A stretch of 64,000 nucleotides of DNA from an uncultured Chloroflexia bacterium (GTDB taxonomy: Bacteria > Chloroflexota > Anaerolineae > CG2-30-64-16): the NCBI GenBank assembly GCA_963774265.1, contig CAVZDU010000005.1, positions 256,001 through 320,000 on the forward strand, written 5' to 3'. Positions within the stretch are counted from its first letter, which is position 1. Every line of letters begins with the position of its first letter. The position numbers and the translations under genes were made by a program. The notes under the pieces are model-generated. The model was given only the letters and a program-made list of their open reading frames with translations. It ran no database searches and was not told the DNA's origin. This document shows, one piece after another, positions 30,101 through 40,851 of this stretch.

Positions 30101-30680
30101 TACTGTCAGGGCCAGATCGAGCGATCTGAGGCCTGCCACCGCCGCAGCCTGGAGCTCTATCAACAACTCGATGATATCGGCGGCATAGCCATGGCCCTGA
30201 ACAGCCTGGGCAATATCGCCCGGGCGAGTGCGAACTACCCTGAAGCTGAGCGACTGTATGGTGAGGGCACCGCTCTTGCCGACGGCATCGATTACGGGTG
30301 GGTCAGCACGATCGGCCATCGGAACCTTGGGGAGCTGGCCCTGGTGCTGGGCGATCTCCCCCGGGCAGAGACGGAGCTGCGAAGGGCGTTGCGTACGGCA
30401 GCCGGGATCGATAACCCGGGTGAGCTTCTTGACACCCTCGAGGGCTGGGCCGGGCTCCTGGATCGCCGGGGCCGCGTCTGAGGACGCAGTCGAGCTGCTG
30501 GCCCTGATTGCACGCCATATCGCGACGCCGCCTATCGTCCGCCAGGACACCGGGCAGAGGTTAGCGGAACTTGCTGCGGCATTGCCTCCGGACCAGTTTG
30601 CCGCGGCCCGTCGGCGCGGCGAGAGCCTGGAACTGGCCGGCTGGCTGGCCGGGCACGGCGAGCTCATCGGTGACGTATGA
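27138..30680 (+). CDS. AfsR/SARP-like regulator: wHTH-BTAD, NB-ARC ATPase and TPR repeats (frameshifts ~27430 and ~30470)
   Basis: LRLHLLG..RKAVALLAYL, LDPLQEPAHRELMRLY, GPGGIGKTRL, LLVLDNFEHL, GMPLAIELA and TPR-like helices. Confidence 0.9.
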
Positions 30681-30705
30681 AGCGCATTGTCAGGAGGAGC
30701 GCAAG

Positions 30706-31863
30706 ATGAAGCGATCTGGCCAGAGCATCCAAACAGAAGGTCAGTCCGACGCCGCGATCACGGCCCGCGGGAACGCCGCATTCGCCCTCGATCTCTACCG
30801 GATCCTCGCCGCGGAGAGCGGCAACCTGTGTTTCTCGCCCTACTCCATCTCGACCGCGCTCGCGATGACCTATGCCGGCGCGCGGGGTGAGACCGAGCTG
30901 CAAATGGCACAGGCGCTGCACTTCATGCTCGAAGGGGCGCGGCTGCATCCTGCCTTTGCGGAACTGGAGGCCGCGCTGCGAGCCAGCCAGGACCAGGGCC
31001 ATGTCCTGATGCAGGTCGCCAACAAGCTGTGGCCCCAGGTGGGTTACCCTTTTCTTGAGGAGTTCCTGGCGCTGACCAAGGCATACTACGGCGTGTCGAT
31101 CACCCCGGTCGATTACGGCGATCCCGAGGCCGCGCGCCTCGCGATCAACGCCTGGGTCGGGGAGAAAACGCATGAGAAGATCAAGGACCTGATCGGTCCC
31201 GGGCTCCTGAGCCCGATGACGACGCTGGTCCTGGTCAACGCGATCTACTTCAAGGGGAACTGGGCGAGGCAGTTTGACCCACAACGGACGGAGCCGGCTC
31301 CGTTCTGGAGAACGACCGCAGATAAAGTCGAAGTGTCCATGATGCACCAGACCGCGCATTTCGGCTACGCTGAGATCGCAGGCTGCCAGATACTCGAGCT
31401 GCCCTATGTGGGCGAGGATCTGGCGATGACCTTCCTGCTGCCCGCGGACCCTGGCGGGTTCGCGGCGCTCGAGACGGCCCTGACGGTCGAGGATCTGGAG
31501 CGGTGGACGGGTAACCTCTGGGAAGACGAAGTGGAGGTCTACCTGCCGCGCTTTAAGGTGACCGGCGCGTTCGAGCTGGGCAAAGCGCTCAAGTCGCTGG
31601 GGATGGTCGATGCCTTTGGCCCCGCAGATTTTTCCGGCATGGACGGCACGCTTTCACTGTTCATCTCAGCCGTCGTGCACCAGGCGTTCGTCGAGGTGAA
31701 TGAGGAAGGCGCGGAGGCGGCCGCTGCCACCGCGGTGATCATGGGCAGGGGCATGCCCATGCCGCGGCCCGTCTTCCGCGCCGACCACCCGTTCCTCTTC
31801 CTGCTGCGCGACCGGCGCACCGGCGGCATTCTCTTTATGGGCAGGGTCGCGGATCCGGCGTGA
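30706..31863 (+). CDS. Serpin (no signal peptide)
   Basis: FSPYSI, NAIYFKGNW, hinge EEGAEAAAAT and FRADHPFLF. Confidence 0.95.
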   Translation: MKRSGQSIQTEGQSDAAITARGNAAFALDLYRILAAESGNLCFSPYSISTALAMTYAGARGETELQMAQALHFMLEGARLHPAFAELEAALRASQDQGHVLMQVANKLWPQVGYPFLEEFLALTKAYYGVSITPVDYGDPEAARLAINAWVGEKTHEKIKDLIGPGLLSPMTTLVLVNAIYFKGNWARQFDPQRTEPAPFWRTTADKVEVSMMHQTAHFGYAEIAGCQILELPYVGEDLAMTFLLPADPGGFAALETALTVEDLERWTGNLWEDEVEVYLPRFKVTGAFELGKALKSLGMVDAFGPADFSGMDGTLSLFISAVVHQAFVEVNEEGAEAAAATAVIMGRGMPMPRPVFRADHPFLFLLRDRRTGGILFMGRVADPA

Positions 31864-31870
31864 CGAGCGC

Positions 31871-32836
31871 TCACAGCGAAACGTACCAGCGTCGCTTATC
31901 GAGCCACCACCCGATCCAACTCAGAATGGCGATCAAGGCCGCAGCCTGCAGGCCGACCAGCCACAGCGGCGCGTCGACATACCAGCCGGGGAGGGACGGC
32001 AGCACAAAGGCGCCCAACAGAACACCGTGCAGCAGATAGAGCACCAGGGGGTTGCGTCCCCACGCGGACAGGATCGGCAGGCGCAGCCCCCTCTGGCCCA
32101 GCACGTGAAACCCCAGGAAAACGAAGGCGCTCAGGCCCAGGCCGATGAGCATGTAGCTGGCAGAAGCACGCGCTTTGCTGACTGGGATCACCACGGCCGC
32201 CGCCAGGCCGGCCAGGAGCGCCGCAAGGCTGGCCCACGGCATCCTGCTCCAGCGCCGGGTCGGGTCGTGATACCAGTCGGCCAGCACGGTCGCGAGGATG
32301 AGAAACGCACCCCAGCTCAACGCCCCCCACGGCCCGTTGTGCGGCGCGCTTCGCACCGCATCCAGCCAGCAGCAATCCAGCCGCGCCTGATACACGGCCA
32401 GCAGTCCCAGGCCCACGCCCACCCGCCAGCCGGCAGGCAGGCGGATGACCGGCAGGGCCAGCATCCCCGCCGCGCCCAGCGCCTGAAGCAGGCCCCAGTT
32501 GACCGTGCTGGCGTACACCCCGGACAGATTGCCGCCCAACGTCATCAGGAAACCCAGGCCGATGAGCGCCAGGTTGCGGACGATGGCGTGCTCGTAGGTC
32601 TGCCGGGCGCCGTCGCGCGCCAGCCTCCGCCGAAACGAGAGGCCATAGGTCAGGCCGATCGCAAACAGGAACATAGGCGCGATCAGGTCGATGACCGTGT
32701 ACCCGACGTCGGGGGCGTGCTTCAGCCAGGCCGGCGCCCGATTCACATCCGACAGGTAATCCGCCAGCACCATCAGCAGGATGGCGAAACCTCGAAACTG
32801 GTCGATGGCGTCGAGCCGTGAGGATGTGGCGCTCAT
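31871..32836 (-). CDS. HGSNAT-like (DUF5009/DUF1624) membrane acyltransferase
   Basis: RLDAIDQFRGFAILLMVL, DLIAPMFLFAIG, GRNPL and multiple TMs. Confidence 0.75.
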   Translation of the reverse strand: MSATSSRLDAIDQFRGFAILLMVLADYLSDVNRAPAWLKHAPDVGYTVIDLIAPMFLFAIGLTYGLSFRRRLARDGARQTYEHAIVRNLALIGLGFLMTLGGNLSGVYASTVNWGLLQALGAAGMLALPVIRLPAGWRVGVGLGLLAVYQARLDCCWLDAVRSAPHNGPWGALSWGAFLILATVLADWYHDPTRRWSRMPWASLAALLAGLAAAVVIPVSKARASASYMLIGLGLSAFVFLGFHVLGQRGLRLPILSAWGRNPLVLYLLHGVLLGAFVLPSLPGWYVDAPLWLVGLQAAALIAILSWIGWWLDKRRWYVSL

Positions 32837-32838
32837 GG

Positions 32839-34304
32839 TCAATCCGCTTTCAGGTTCAGCACCCGCCAGGCGGCCGAGTCGAGCGGCAGGTCACCCAGGT
32901 AGGTGCGCGCGTAGACAAACGCACGGTCCGGGTCGCCCAGCAACGCCAGCGGCACGCGTAGCACGATGTCGTGGGCGTCACGATTTACCTGCACGCCCGT
33001 ATCCCCCAGCTCGCGGCTTTGGTCGTAAACTACGTGGGACAGCTCGCCCACCTTGGATGTGGATCTTGGGCATGGTGGCGAACGGATGGTCCGGCCGGTA
33101 GCCGAAGAGATAGGCCGACAACTCCACGCCCTCTGCCAGCGGCTTCGACAGCGCAAGTGAGAGCACCAGGTCGCTGCCTGCGCGGCGCACACGTATGCCA
33201 CTCCAGGCCCACGAACGCGGCCCGTTCTGCGTCGGTGAGCTCTGCCGGCGCCTCCCCGGGCCCGGCTGCATTCAGGCCCATGTCAGCAACCTCTGCGCCC
33301 AAGGCAACCTCGGGGTAGTCACCGAACAACTCGTTGGCGCGGATGAAAGAGGACAGGTAGCGGGCGTTCGCTTCATACTGGGTGTGGTGCGCCTGCAGGG
33401 CCGCCAGCTTGCGGCCGGTTTCCTCGCTACTCAGCGGCAGGGTCCACCACGACACTTGCCCCGCCAGTGAGGACGGCGGCGCGAGCGAACGAGCGGGCGC
33501 CTGGCCGGTTGGCTCGGGCCAGCGTGAGCCGTGCACCAGGTACGGGTACAGCTCCGGCGCCATCCCCAGGTCCCACAGCGCGACGCGGGTGAAGGTGTAC
33601 AGCGCCAGATGGTCCGGGTTGTGATCCGCAGGGTGCGAGAGAAACACCTTGGTGGGTCGAAACTCCTTCAGCGAGGCCTCCAGATCGGCCAGCACCTCTT
33701 CGCCTTTATAGGCCGCGCCCGGGCGGTAGGCGCTGGCGTAGGGTACCTGCGTGACGCGGGTGAGCATGCTGCGCAGAGGCGGCTGAGCGCCCCAGTGTTC
33801 CGTCCAGATCCCCAGCGTGCCGAAGTCGGGGTAGCCGAGGAAGGTGAGCTGCCCTGGCGCCAGCCCCAGGATGCGGGCAGCCGCCAGCGCCTCGTCGTGG
33901 CGGACCAGGCCCATCGCCTCGACCTGGCCAGGCAGCAGCTCCGGTCGCTTGCGATAGAGCACGAACGACCACTCGTTGGCGTCGCCATAGGTCAGGAAGA
34001 CCACGCGGACCGGCAGGCCCATGTCGAGAGCTTTCTGGATGACGCCACCGCAGGCGATGGTCTCGTCGTCCGGGTGCGGCGCCAGGATCAGGATGCGATC
34101 AACCGCGCTGAAGGTTAATTCCGACGCATTGAACCCTGCAGCGGGCTGAAGTGACGCAGTGGGCTGAAGCGGCGAGCCAGGCTGCAGAGGCGCGCTGGGC
34201 CGGGTGAGCTGGGCCAGTCCGGCGAGCAGGATCAGCAGCGCTACGGCTGCGGCAGCGCGCAGATTACGTGCGGGAACTCGAAGCCTACTTTTCATAGCTG
34301 CCAT
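32839..34304 (-). CDS. Exported PIG-L/LmbE family deacetylase with a C-terminal extra domain (frameshift ~33190)
   Basis: N-terminal signal/TM, APHPDDET, DHNPDH and KLAALQAHHTQ. Confidence 0.85.
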
Positions 34305-36900
34305 GTTTTTCAGTACGGCGGTAGAACCAGGCCTTGATCAGTTCAGCAGATATCAGATAGGCGGCTACGATGACTACGATGGCGGCGAGAAACGATACCG
34401 GCAGCGGGTGGAAACCGAGGACCTCACCCACGGGCGAAAAGGGCAGCCCGATGACCAGGGCCGCGACGAAAACGGTCACTGCCAACATAGCCCGGCTGGG
34501 CCGGCTGCGCAGCAGGGGTCCGCGTGTTCGCAGCACAAAGACTACCAACGCCGGCTGACAGGATTGATTCAATGAACCAGCCGGTGTGGAACAGCGTCTC
34601 GCGAGCCGGGTTGCCACGCGTCAGCCAAAGCAAGGCGCCGAAGGTCACGAAGTCGAATAGCGAGCTCAGCGGCCCGAAGGTCAGCATGAAGCGCCGGATG
34701 AAGCCAATATCCCAGCGCCGCGGCCGGCGCACGAACTCGGCATCCACGTTATCCCCGGCGATGGTCATTTCCGGCAGGTCGGTCAGGAAGTTGATCAGCA
34801 GGATTTGCTTGGGCAGCATCGGCAGGAACGGCAGAAACAGCGAGGCGCCCGCGACGCTGAACATGTTGCCGAAGTTGGCGCTGGTCGCCATGAAGACGTA
34901 TTTGAGCGTATTGCCGAAGGTGATGCGTCCCTGGACGATGCCCTCGCGCAATACCGAAAGGTCCTTCCGCAGCAGGACGAAATCCGCGGCATCCTTGGCC
35001 ACATCCACGGCGGTGTCCACCGAGATGCCCACGTCTGCGCGAGTGCAGTGCCGGCGCGTCGTTGATGCCGTCGCCCATGTAGCCGACCACGTGGCGCGTC
35101 TTCTTCAGGGCCAGGATGATGCGCTCTTTCTGGTTGGGGTCCACTTCGCAAAACAGGTTCGTGCGTTCCGCGGCCTGCCACAGCGCTTCGTCGCGCATGT
35201 CGTCGATCTCGGCGCCGGTGAGAACACCGGCCACCGGCAGGCCGATGGACTCGGCTGTGTGAACGCGCAACCAGGTGATTGTCCCCGGTGATGATCTTGA
35301 GCTGCACACCCAGGTCCGCCAGGTCCGTCACGGTCTGCTGGACGCCGGGCTTGGGCGGGTCGAAGAACAGCAGGAACCCGGCAAAGATCATCGCCTGCTC
35401 GTCATCCCGGGTGTAGGTGCAGGGATGCTCCGTTGCCGTGCAGCGGACCGTCGCGATCCCCAGCACACGGTAGCCTTGCCCGCTCCATTCGGCATAACGA
35501 GCCATCAGCCCGGCGCGCCGCGCTTCATCCAGGGGCGCAACGGCCTCGCCCTCCTCGACCGCTGTGCATGCGGCCAGGACCCCTTCCAGCGCGCCCTTGG
35601 TGATCATCAGGGGCCCGGCGCCGCCCCCTTCATCCACCACCACGCTGAGCCGTTTGCGCACGAAGTCATAGGGAATCTCGTCCACCTTGGCGATGCCGGC
35701 CAGGTCGGGCGAGGCTGCGGCCCGGATGGCTTCATCCAGTGGGTTGGCCAGGCCGGTTTGAAAATGGGCGTTGAGGTAAGCGAGCCGCAACACCCGATCC
35801 GACGGGCTTCCCGGCTGCGTCCAGCGCGCCGTCCAGCCGGACCACCCCCTCGGTGAGCGTGCCGGTCTTGTCGGTGCAGAGCACGTCCATGCTGCCGAAG
35901 TTCTCGATGGCTGCCAGGCGCCGCACGATCACGCCGTGCGCCGGCCATGCGCTGCGCGCCGCGCGACAGGTTGATGTTGATGATGGCGGGCAGGAGTTGG
36001 GGCGTCAGGCCCACGGCCAGGGCCAACGAGAACAGCAGGGAGTCCACGACGGGTTTGTGGAAGAAGACGTTGACTGCAAACACCGCCAGCACCAACACGA
36101 ACGTCACCTCGCTGAGCAGGTAGCCCAGTTGGCGGATGCCGCGCTCGAACTCTGTTTCGGGCGGTCGCAGCTGCAGCCGCTGGCGATCTGGCCGAACGCG
36201 GTGGCCTTGCCGGTCTGCACGATGACGGCCCGCGCCGTGCCGCTACGCACGCTGGTGCCCATGAAGACGGTGTTCGTACGTTCAGCCAGGCCCGCGCGCT
36301 CAGGCACAACGCCGGGCAGCTTCTCCACCGGGAAGGTCTCGCCGGTGAGGGTCGCCTGGCTGACGAAGAAGTCCTTGGCCTCCAGCACCACGCCGTCGGC
36401 GGGAATCAGGCTGCCGGCCGAAAGCAGGACGATGTCCCCCGGCACGACCTCTTCCGCAGGCAGGAGCTGGGCGCGCCATCGCGCAGCACGGTCGTTTTGA
36501 TCCGGATCTGCGAACGCAGCTTCTCGGCCGCGTTGCCCGCGCTGTACTCCTGCACGAAGCTCAGCGCTGCGCTGCCACCCACGATGGCGAGGATAATGGC
36601 GGCGTCGACCCAGTCCTGCAAGATCGCAGAAACGATGGTCGCAAAGAGCAGGATCAGGACGATGGGGCTCTTGAACTGGCTCAGCAGGAGCGCGGGCCAA
36701 CGCGCGTGTTGGCCGGTCTCTAGGCTGTTGGCGCCGGTGCGGGTCAGGCGGATGCGGGCCTCGTCACCGGTTAAACCGTCCGGGCTGCTTCGCAGGGCAG
36801 TCAACAGCGTCGCGGCCGGCTGACTCCAGAGCTGCCCTGGCGACAACGCGTTGATGCTTGACGGCCGTGTAGGAGACGCCCCGTTCGTTTTTCCTGACAT
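34285..36900 (-). CDS. mgtA: Mg2+-translocating P-type ATPase (multiple frameshifts)
   Basis: LTGETFPVEK, AVGLTPQLLP, DKTGT, TGDN, GDGINDAP and TSANFGNMFS. Confidence 0.88.
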
Positions 36901-36949
36901 TACGAATACCTCCTCTGTCCGGAGACGCACGGTCGAAACAGACGCTCCC

Positions 36950-38773
36950 TTACTTCTGTGCCAGCGGCCAAAAAACGGGGAGCAGCAGCATCACCAGCCC
37001 GAAAATCAGCAAGGTCAACGGCCAGCCCACCTTGAGATAGTCGCGAAATCGATAGCCGCCCGGTCCCATCACGAGCACATTGACCGGGTGTCCCAGCGGT
37101 GTCAGGAACGCCATGGAACTCGCCAGCGCGACCCCCATCACCATTGCGCGCGGGTCGAGCCCGGTTTCCTGCGCCGCTCGGATGGCGATCGGGGCGACCA
37201 CCGTCGCCACCGCGGCCCCATTCATGGCTTGGGTCAGGACGGTTGTCAAGAGGAACAAGCCGGCCAGTAGCGCAAGCGGCCCCGCTGGACCCAGTGCGGC
37301 GATGAGCTTGTCGGCCAGCAAGCCGGCCGCGCCGCTCTTGGTCATTGCCAGGCCCAGCGGCAGCATCCCCGCCACCAGGAAGACGCTGCGCCATTCGATC
37401 GCGCCGTAGGCCTGATCCATGGTGAGAATCGCGGCCAGCACCGTCAGCAGCGCGGCGCCCAGCATGATCTCCCCGACCAGTGGGGTGTTGAACGCAGCCA
37501 GGAGCAGCGCCGCGCCCATGATGGCCGCGGCCAGCCAGCGCCTACCGGTTGCGGTGACGGCCGGGGGCTCGGCTTCCCCACTGTTCAACAAGATCAGATC
37601 CGGTTCGGTGCGCAATAGGGGGATCTGGGCGCGTGACCCCTGCAGCAGCAGCGCATCCCCGAAGGCCAGCGGCAGCTCGCCCAGGTTGGTGCGGATCGGC
37701 CGACCTGCACGCCAGATACCGAGGACGGCCATGCCGTACTTCTCACGAAAGTGCGCCGCGCGCAGCGTCTGGCCGAGTAGCGTAGAACGGGGCGCCAGGA
37801 CTGCCTCAGCGATCGTCACCGCGTCCGATTTCAGGGCGCTGGCTGGCCAGTCGGGCGCGGGCAAGAGCTCCAGACGCGGGTCAACATCGCGCGCCTGGAA
37901 TTCATCCAGTCTGCCTTCCAGGAAGAGGATATCTCCCGTGCTCAACACCGTAGCGGCAGACGGAGCAGAGATGAGATGCCCTTGCCGCTCCAGGGCCACC
38001 AGGTTGACGCCGTAGGTCTCGCGCAGGCGGCTTTGCTCCAACGGTTTGCCGTCCAGGCTCGAGCCGACCGGCACACGCGCGCGGAACACTCGCTCGTCCA
38101 GGCGGTATACATCGACCAGGTCGAGGTCGCGATCGCTTTTGGGTCGCGCGTCCTGCATAGCGGTTTGTGTGGGCAGCAGACGTCGGCCCCAGACCGCCAT
38201 GTACGCGACCCCCACTACGACGATGGGGATGCCCACCGGGGCAAAGTCCAGCACGCTGAAGCCGGGGAGATCCTGGCCGCGCAAGATGCCGCTCACGACA
38301 ATGTTGGTCGTGGTGAACAGGGTGGCCATGCCGCCCAGGATGGTGGCGAAGGCCAGGGGGATGAGCAAGCGCGCGGGGCTAACACGGCTCCGGTGCGCCA
38401 GACCCGACACTGCCGGCATCAGGACCGCGGCCGCAGCGATGTTGTTCATCAGCAGGGACAAGGCCGCGCCGGCCAGCATGATGACAACAACGAGCCGGGT
38501 CTCGCCGCTCCCCCCGGCGCGCGCCAACAGCTCCCCGGCGCGTTCGGTGATACCCGTCAGGCGCAGGGCCTCAGTGAGGACGAAGATGGAGACGATCGTG
38601 ACGATGGCCGAGTTGGCGAACCCTGAGAAGGCCTCGCGTGGGGTGAGGATGCCGCTGATGCCCAGGGCAACTACAACCAGGAGCGCCACCAGGTCGGCGC
38701 GCAGGCGTTCGCTCAGCAGCAAGGCGAACGCCACAAGTACGATGACCAGGGTTAGCACCAATTGGTTTGTCAT
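36950..38773 (-). CDS. SLC13/CitMHS-like permease with two TrkA-C domains
   Basis: LMNNIAA, central TrkA-C repeats and FLTPLGHPVNVLVMGPGGYRF. Confidence 0.88.
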   Translation of the reverse strand: MTNQLVLTLVIVLVAFALLLSERLRADLVALLVVVALGISGILTPREAFSGFANSAIVTIVSIFVLTEALRLTGITERAGELLARAGGSGETRLVVVIMLAGAALSLLMNNIAAAAVLMPAVSGLAHRSRVSPARLLIPLAFATILGGMATLFTTTNIVVSGILRGQDLPGFSVLDFAPVGIPIVVVGVAYMAVWGRRLLPTQTAMQDARPKSDRDLDLVDVYRLDERVFRARVPVGSSLDGKPLEQSRLRETYGVNLVALERQGHLISAPSAATVLSTGDILFLEGRLDEFQARDVDPRLELLPAPDWPASALKSDAVTIAEAVLAPRSTLLGQTLRAAHFREKYGMAVLGIWRAGRPIRTNLGELPLAFGDALLLQGSRAQIPLLRTEPDLILLNSGEAEPPAVTATGRRWLAAAIMGAALLLAAFNTPLVGEIMLGAALLTVLAAILTMDQAYGAIEWRSVFLVAGMLPLGLAMTKSGAAGLLADKLIAALGPAGPLALLAGLFLLTTVLTQAMNGAAVATVVAPIAIRAAQETGLDPRAMVMGVALASSMAFLTPLGHPVNVLVMGPGGYRFRDYLKVGWPLTLLIFGLVMLLLPVFWPLAQK

Positions 38774-38972
38774 ATCATTGCATCACGTGTGTGCGCCTGA
38801 TTCTAGCTCATAAGCGCATCGCACGCAATTGTTCTGGTTGAGCCCGGGCATGCGTTCGGCCGTCGGATCTGGCCGGCCTCTAACCTGATGTTTAGTCATT
38901 CCTAAGTTCTTTTTAACGCAAGCTCCCTGAATTGAGAGTATAACATGTGCTGGGATAACGGAGGTATAGGAT

Positions 38973-40661
38973 ATGAGAAAGATACGCGTTTTGACCTTGG
39001 CAGTTTTGTTAGTGGTTGTGTTGGCTCTATCGGCCTGCTCGACCGTGCTGCCCGGGACGGCCATGAGCCTGAATAACCTGGGCAAGAGCGCGAGTAACAT
39101 TTCGTCGCGCGCACAAACCGCGGTGACGACTTCGGCTAACACCGCGGCGCAAGCTGCCGCGCCGGTTGTCAGTTTGAATGACCTGCAATCCGCTCTGGAA
39201 GAGGTGTACGCGACGGCCAATCCGTCGGTCGTCAACATTCAGGTTGCCATGCAGGCGCAGACCGGTGGCCTGCAACAATTGCCGGGACAACAGTTCCCGT
39301 TCGGCCAGGGGCCTGACCAGGGAACGACCCCCCAGGCCACTGCGGAAGGCTCCGGGTTCGTTTGGGACAAGCAGGGCCATATCGTAACGAACAACCACGT
39401 GGTGGATGGCGCGACCGACATCACCGTCACTTTCGTTGACGGCACTTCGCTGCCGGCGAAGCTGGTGGGCCGTGACCCCGATAGCGATCTCGCAGTGATT
39501 TCGGTGGATCCTGCGAAGGTCACGCTCCAGCCTGTGACCATCGCCGACTCAACCCAGGTCAAGCCGGGCCAGTTGGTGGTGGCCATCGGTAACCCGTTCG
39601 GCCTGGAGGGCAGCATGAGCTTCGGCATCGTCAGTGCGGTGGGGCGCAGCATGCCCGCCAGCAGTGAGACGAGCCAGGGGACGGGCAGCGCGCTCAGCTA
39701 CACCATCCCTGATGTCATCCAGACCGATGCACCGGTGAACCCCGGCAATTCCGGTGGCGTGTTGTTGGATCTGGCAGGCCAACTGGTCGGCGTGCCCACG
39801 GCCATCGAGTCGTCGGTGCGTTCTTCGGCGGGGGTCGGCTTTGCCGTGCCTTCAGTGATTGTGCAGAACGTCGTGCCTGAGCTGATCGACAAGGGCGTCT
39901 TCGAGCATCCGTATATCGGAATCAGCGGCGGCACCGTCAACTCCAAGGTGGCGAAGGCCATGGACTTGCCCGAGACGCAACGCGGCGCCCTGGTGGTGAG
40001 CGTGACCTCGGGTAGCCCGGCAGATGACGCGGGGCTCCTCGGCAGCGCCAAGGAAGTGACGATCGACGGCGAGCAGGTGCAGGTCGGCGGGGACGTGATC
40101 ACGGCCATCGATGGGCAGCCGGTCAAGGACTTCGAGGACCTGACCGCCTACCTGGCACGGTCGGGCAAGGTGAACCAGAAGGTTGAGTTGACCGTACTGC
40201 GAGACGGCAAGACCTCCACCGTGCCGTTGACCCTGGCCGCGCGTCCTGCCAACAAGGCCACTGCTGGGACCGAAGGCAGCGGACAGCCTCAGGCAGCGCG
40301 CGGCAGCGCCTGGCTGGGCATCAGCGGCATGGACCTGACGTCCGAGCTGGCGCAGACGATGGGTTTATCGCAGAGCCAGAAGGGTGCGTTGGTTGAGGAC
40401 ATCGTCAGCGGCAGCCCGGCGGACGACGCCGGCTTGCAGGGCAGTTCTGAGTCGTTCCAGACGCAGGACGGCCAGCAGGTGATGGTCGGCGGCGATGTGG
40501 TGACCGCGGTGGACGGCAAGGCTATCAGGACGATGCAGGACCTGTCGGCGGCCATCAAGGCCCATCAGGCGGGAGACAACGTGGTGTTGACCGTACTGCG
40601 AGACGGCAAGGAGTTGAAGGTCGAGGTGAACCTGGCCGCGCGACCGGCAACGGTCAACTAA
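38973..40661 (+). CDS. htrA: HtrA/DegP serine protease, lipoprotein, two PDZ domains
   Basis: Lipobox ALSAC; triad motifs TNNHVV, DSDLA and GNSGG; two PDZ domains. Confidence 0.92.
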   Translation: MRKIRVLTLAVLLVVVLALSACSTVLPGTAMSLNNLGKSASNISSRAQTAVTTSANTAAQAAAPVVSLNDLQSALEEVYATANPSVVNIQVAMQAQTGGLQQLPGQQFPFGQGPDQGTTPQATAEGSGFVWDKQGHIVTNNHVVDGATDITVTFVDGTSLPAKLVGRDPDSDLAVISVDPAKVTLQPVTIADSTQVKPGQLVVAIGNPFGLEGSMSFGIVSAVGRSMPASSETSQGTGSALSYTIPDVIQTDAPVNPGNSGGVLLDLAGQLVGVPTAIESSVRSSAGVGFAVPSVIVQNVVPELIDKGVFEHPYIGISGGTVNSKVAKAMDLPETQRGALVVSVTSGSPADDAGLLGSAKEVTIDGEQVQVGGDVITAIDGQPVKDFEDLTAYLARSGKVNQKVELTVLRDGKTSTVPLTLAARPANKATAGTEGSGQPQAARGSAWLGISGMDLTSELAQTMGLSQSQKGALVEDIVSGSPADDAGLQGSSESFQTQDGQQVMVGGDVVTAVDGKAIRTMQDLSAAIKAHQAGDNVVLTVLRDGKELKVEVNLAARPATVN

Positions 40662-40685
40662 AACAGTCACAGGTGACAACCCCTG

Positions 40686-40721
40686 GCCCGCAGGCCGGCG
40701 CATGCCGGACCTGCGGGCTTT
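40686..40721 (+). terminator. Probable intrinsic terminator after htrA
   Basis: GCCCGCAGG-CCGGC-gcat-GCCGG-a-CCTGCGGGC followed by TTT. Confidence 0.55.
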
Positions 40722-40732
40722 GCTATGCCGCA

Positions 40733-40768
40733 GATAGTAGACCCGGGCCTGGAACGATTCCAGCCCAT
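40733..40768. repeat. 36-bp copy of an abiEii internal segment (42345-42380)
   Basis: GATAGTAGACCCGGGCCTGGAA(C/T)GATTCCAGCCCAT, one mismatch. Confidence 0.9.
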
Positions 40769-40851
40769 CGTAGAGTGTGGGGAGCTCCTATACGATTCTA
40801 CAATTCACGCTTCACTCATCTGAGCACCCGATGCGGGAGACCCGTTGATCT

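Noticed and set aside
38879-38917. Phased TAA repeats upstream of htrA as an OmpR-family (CssR/MprA-like) box
   Set aside because: The repeats are too degenerate to support without comparative data.
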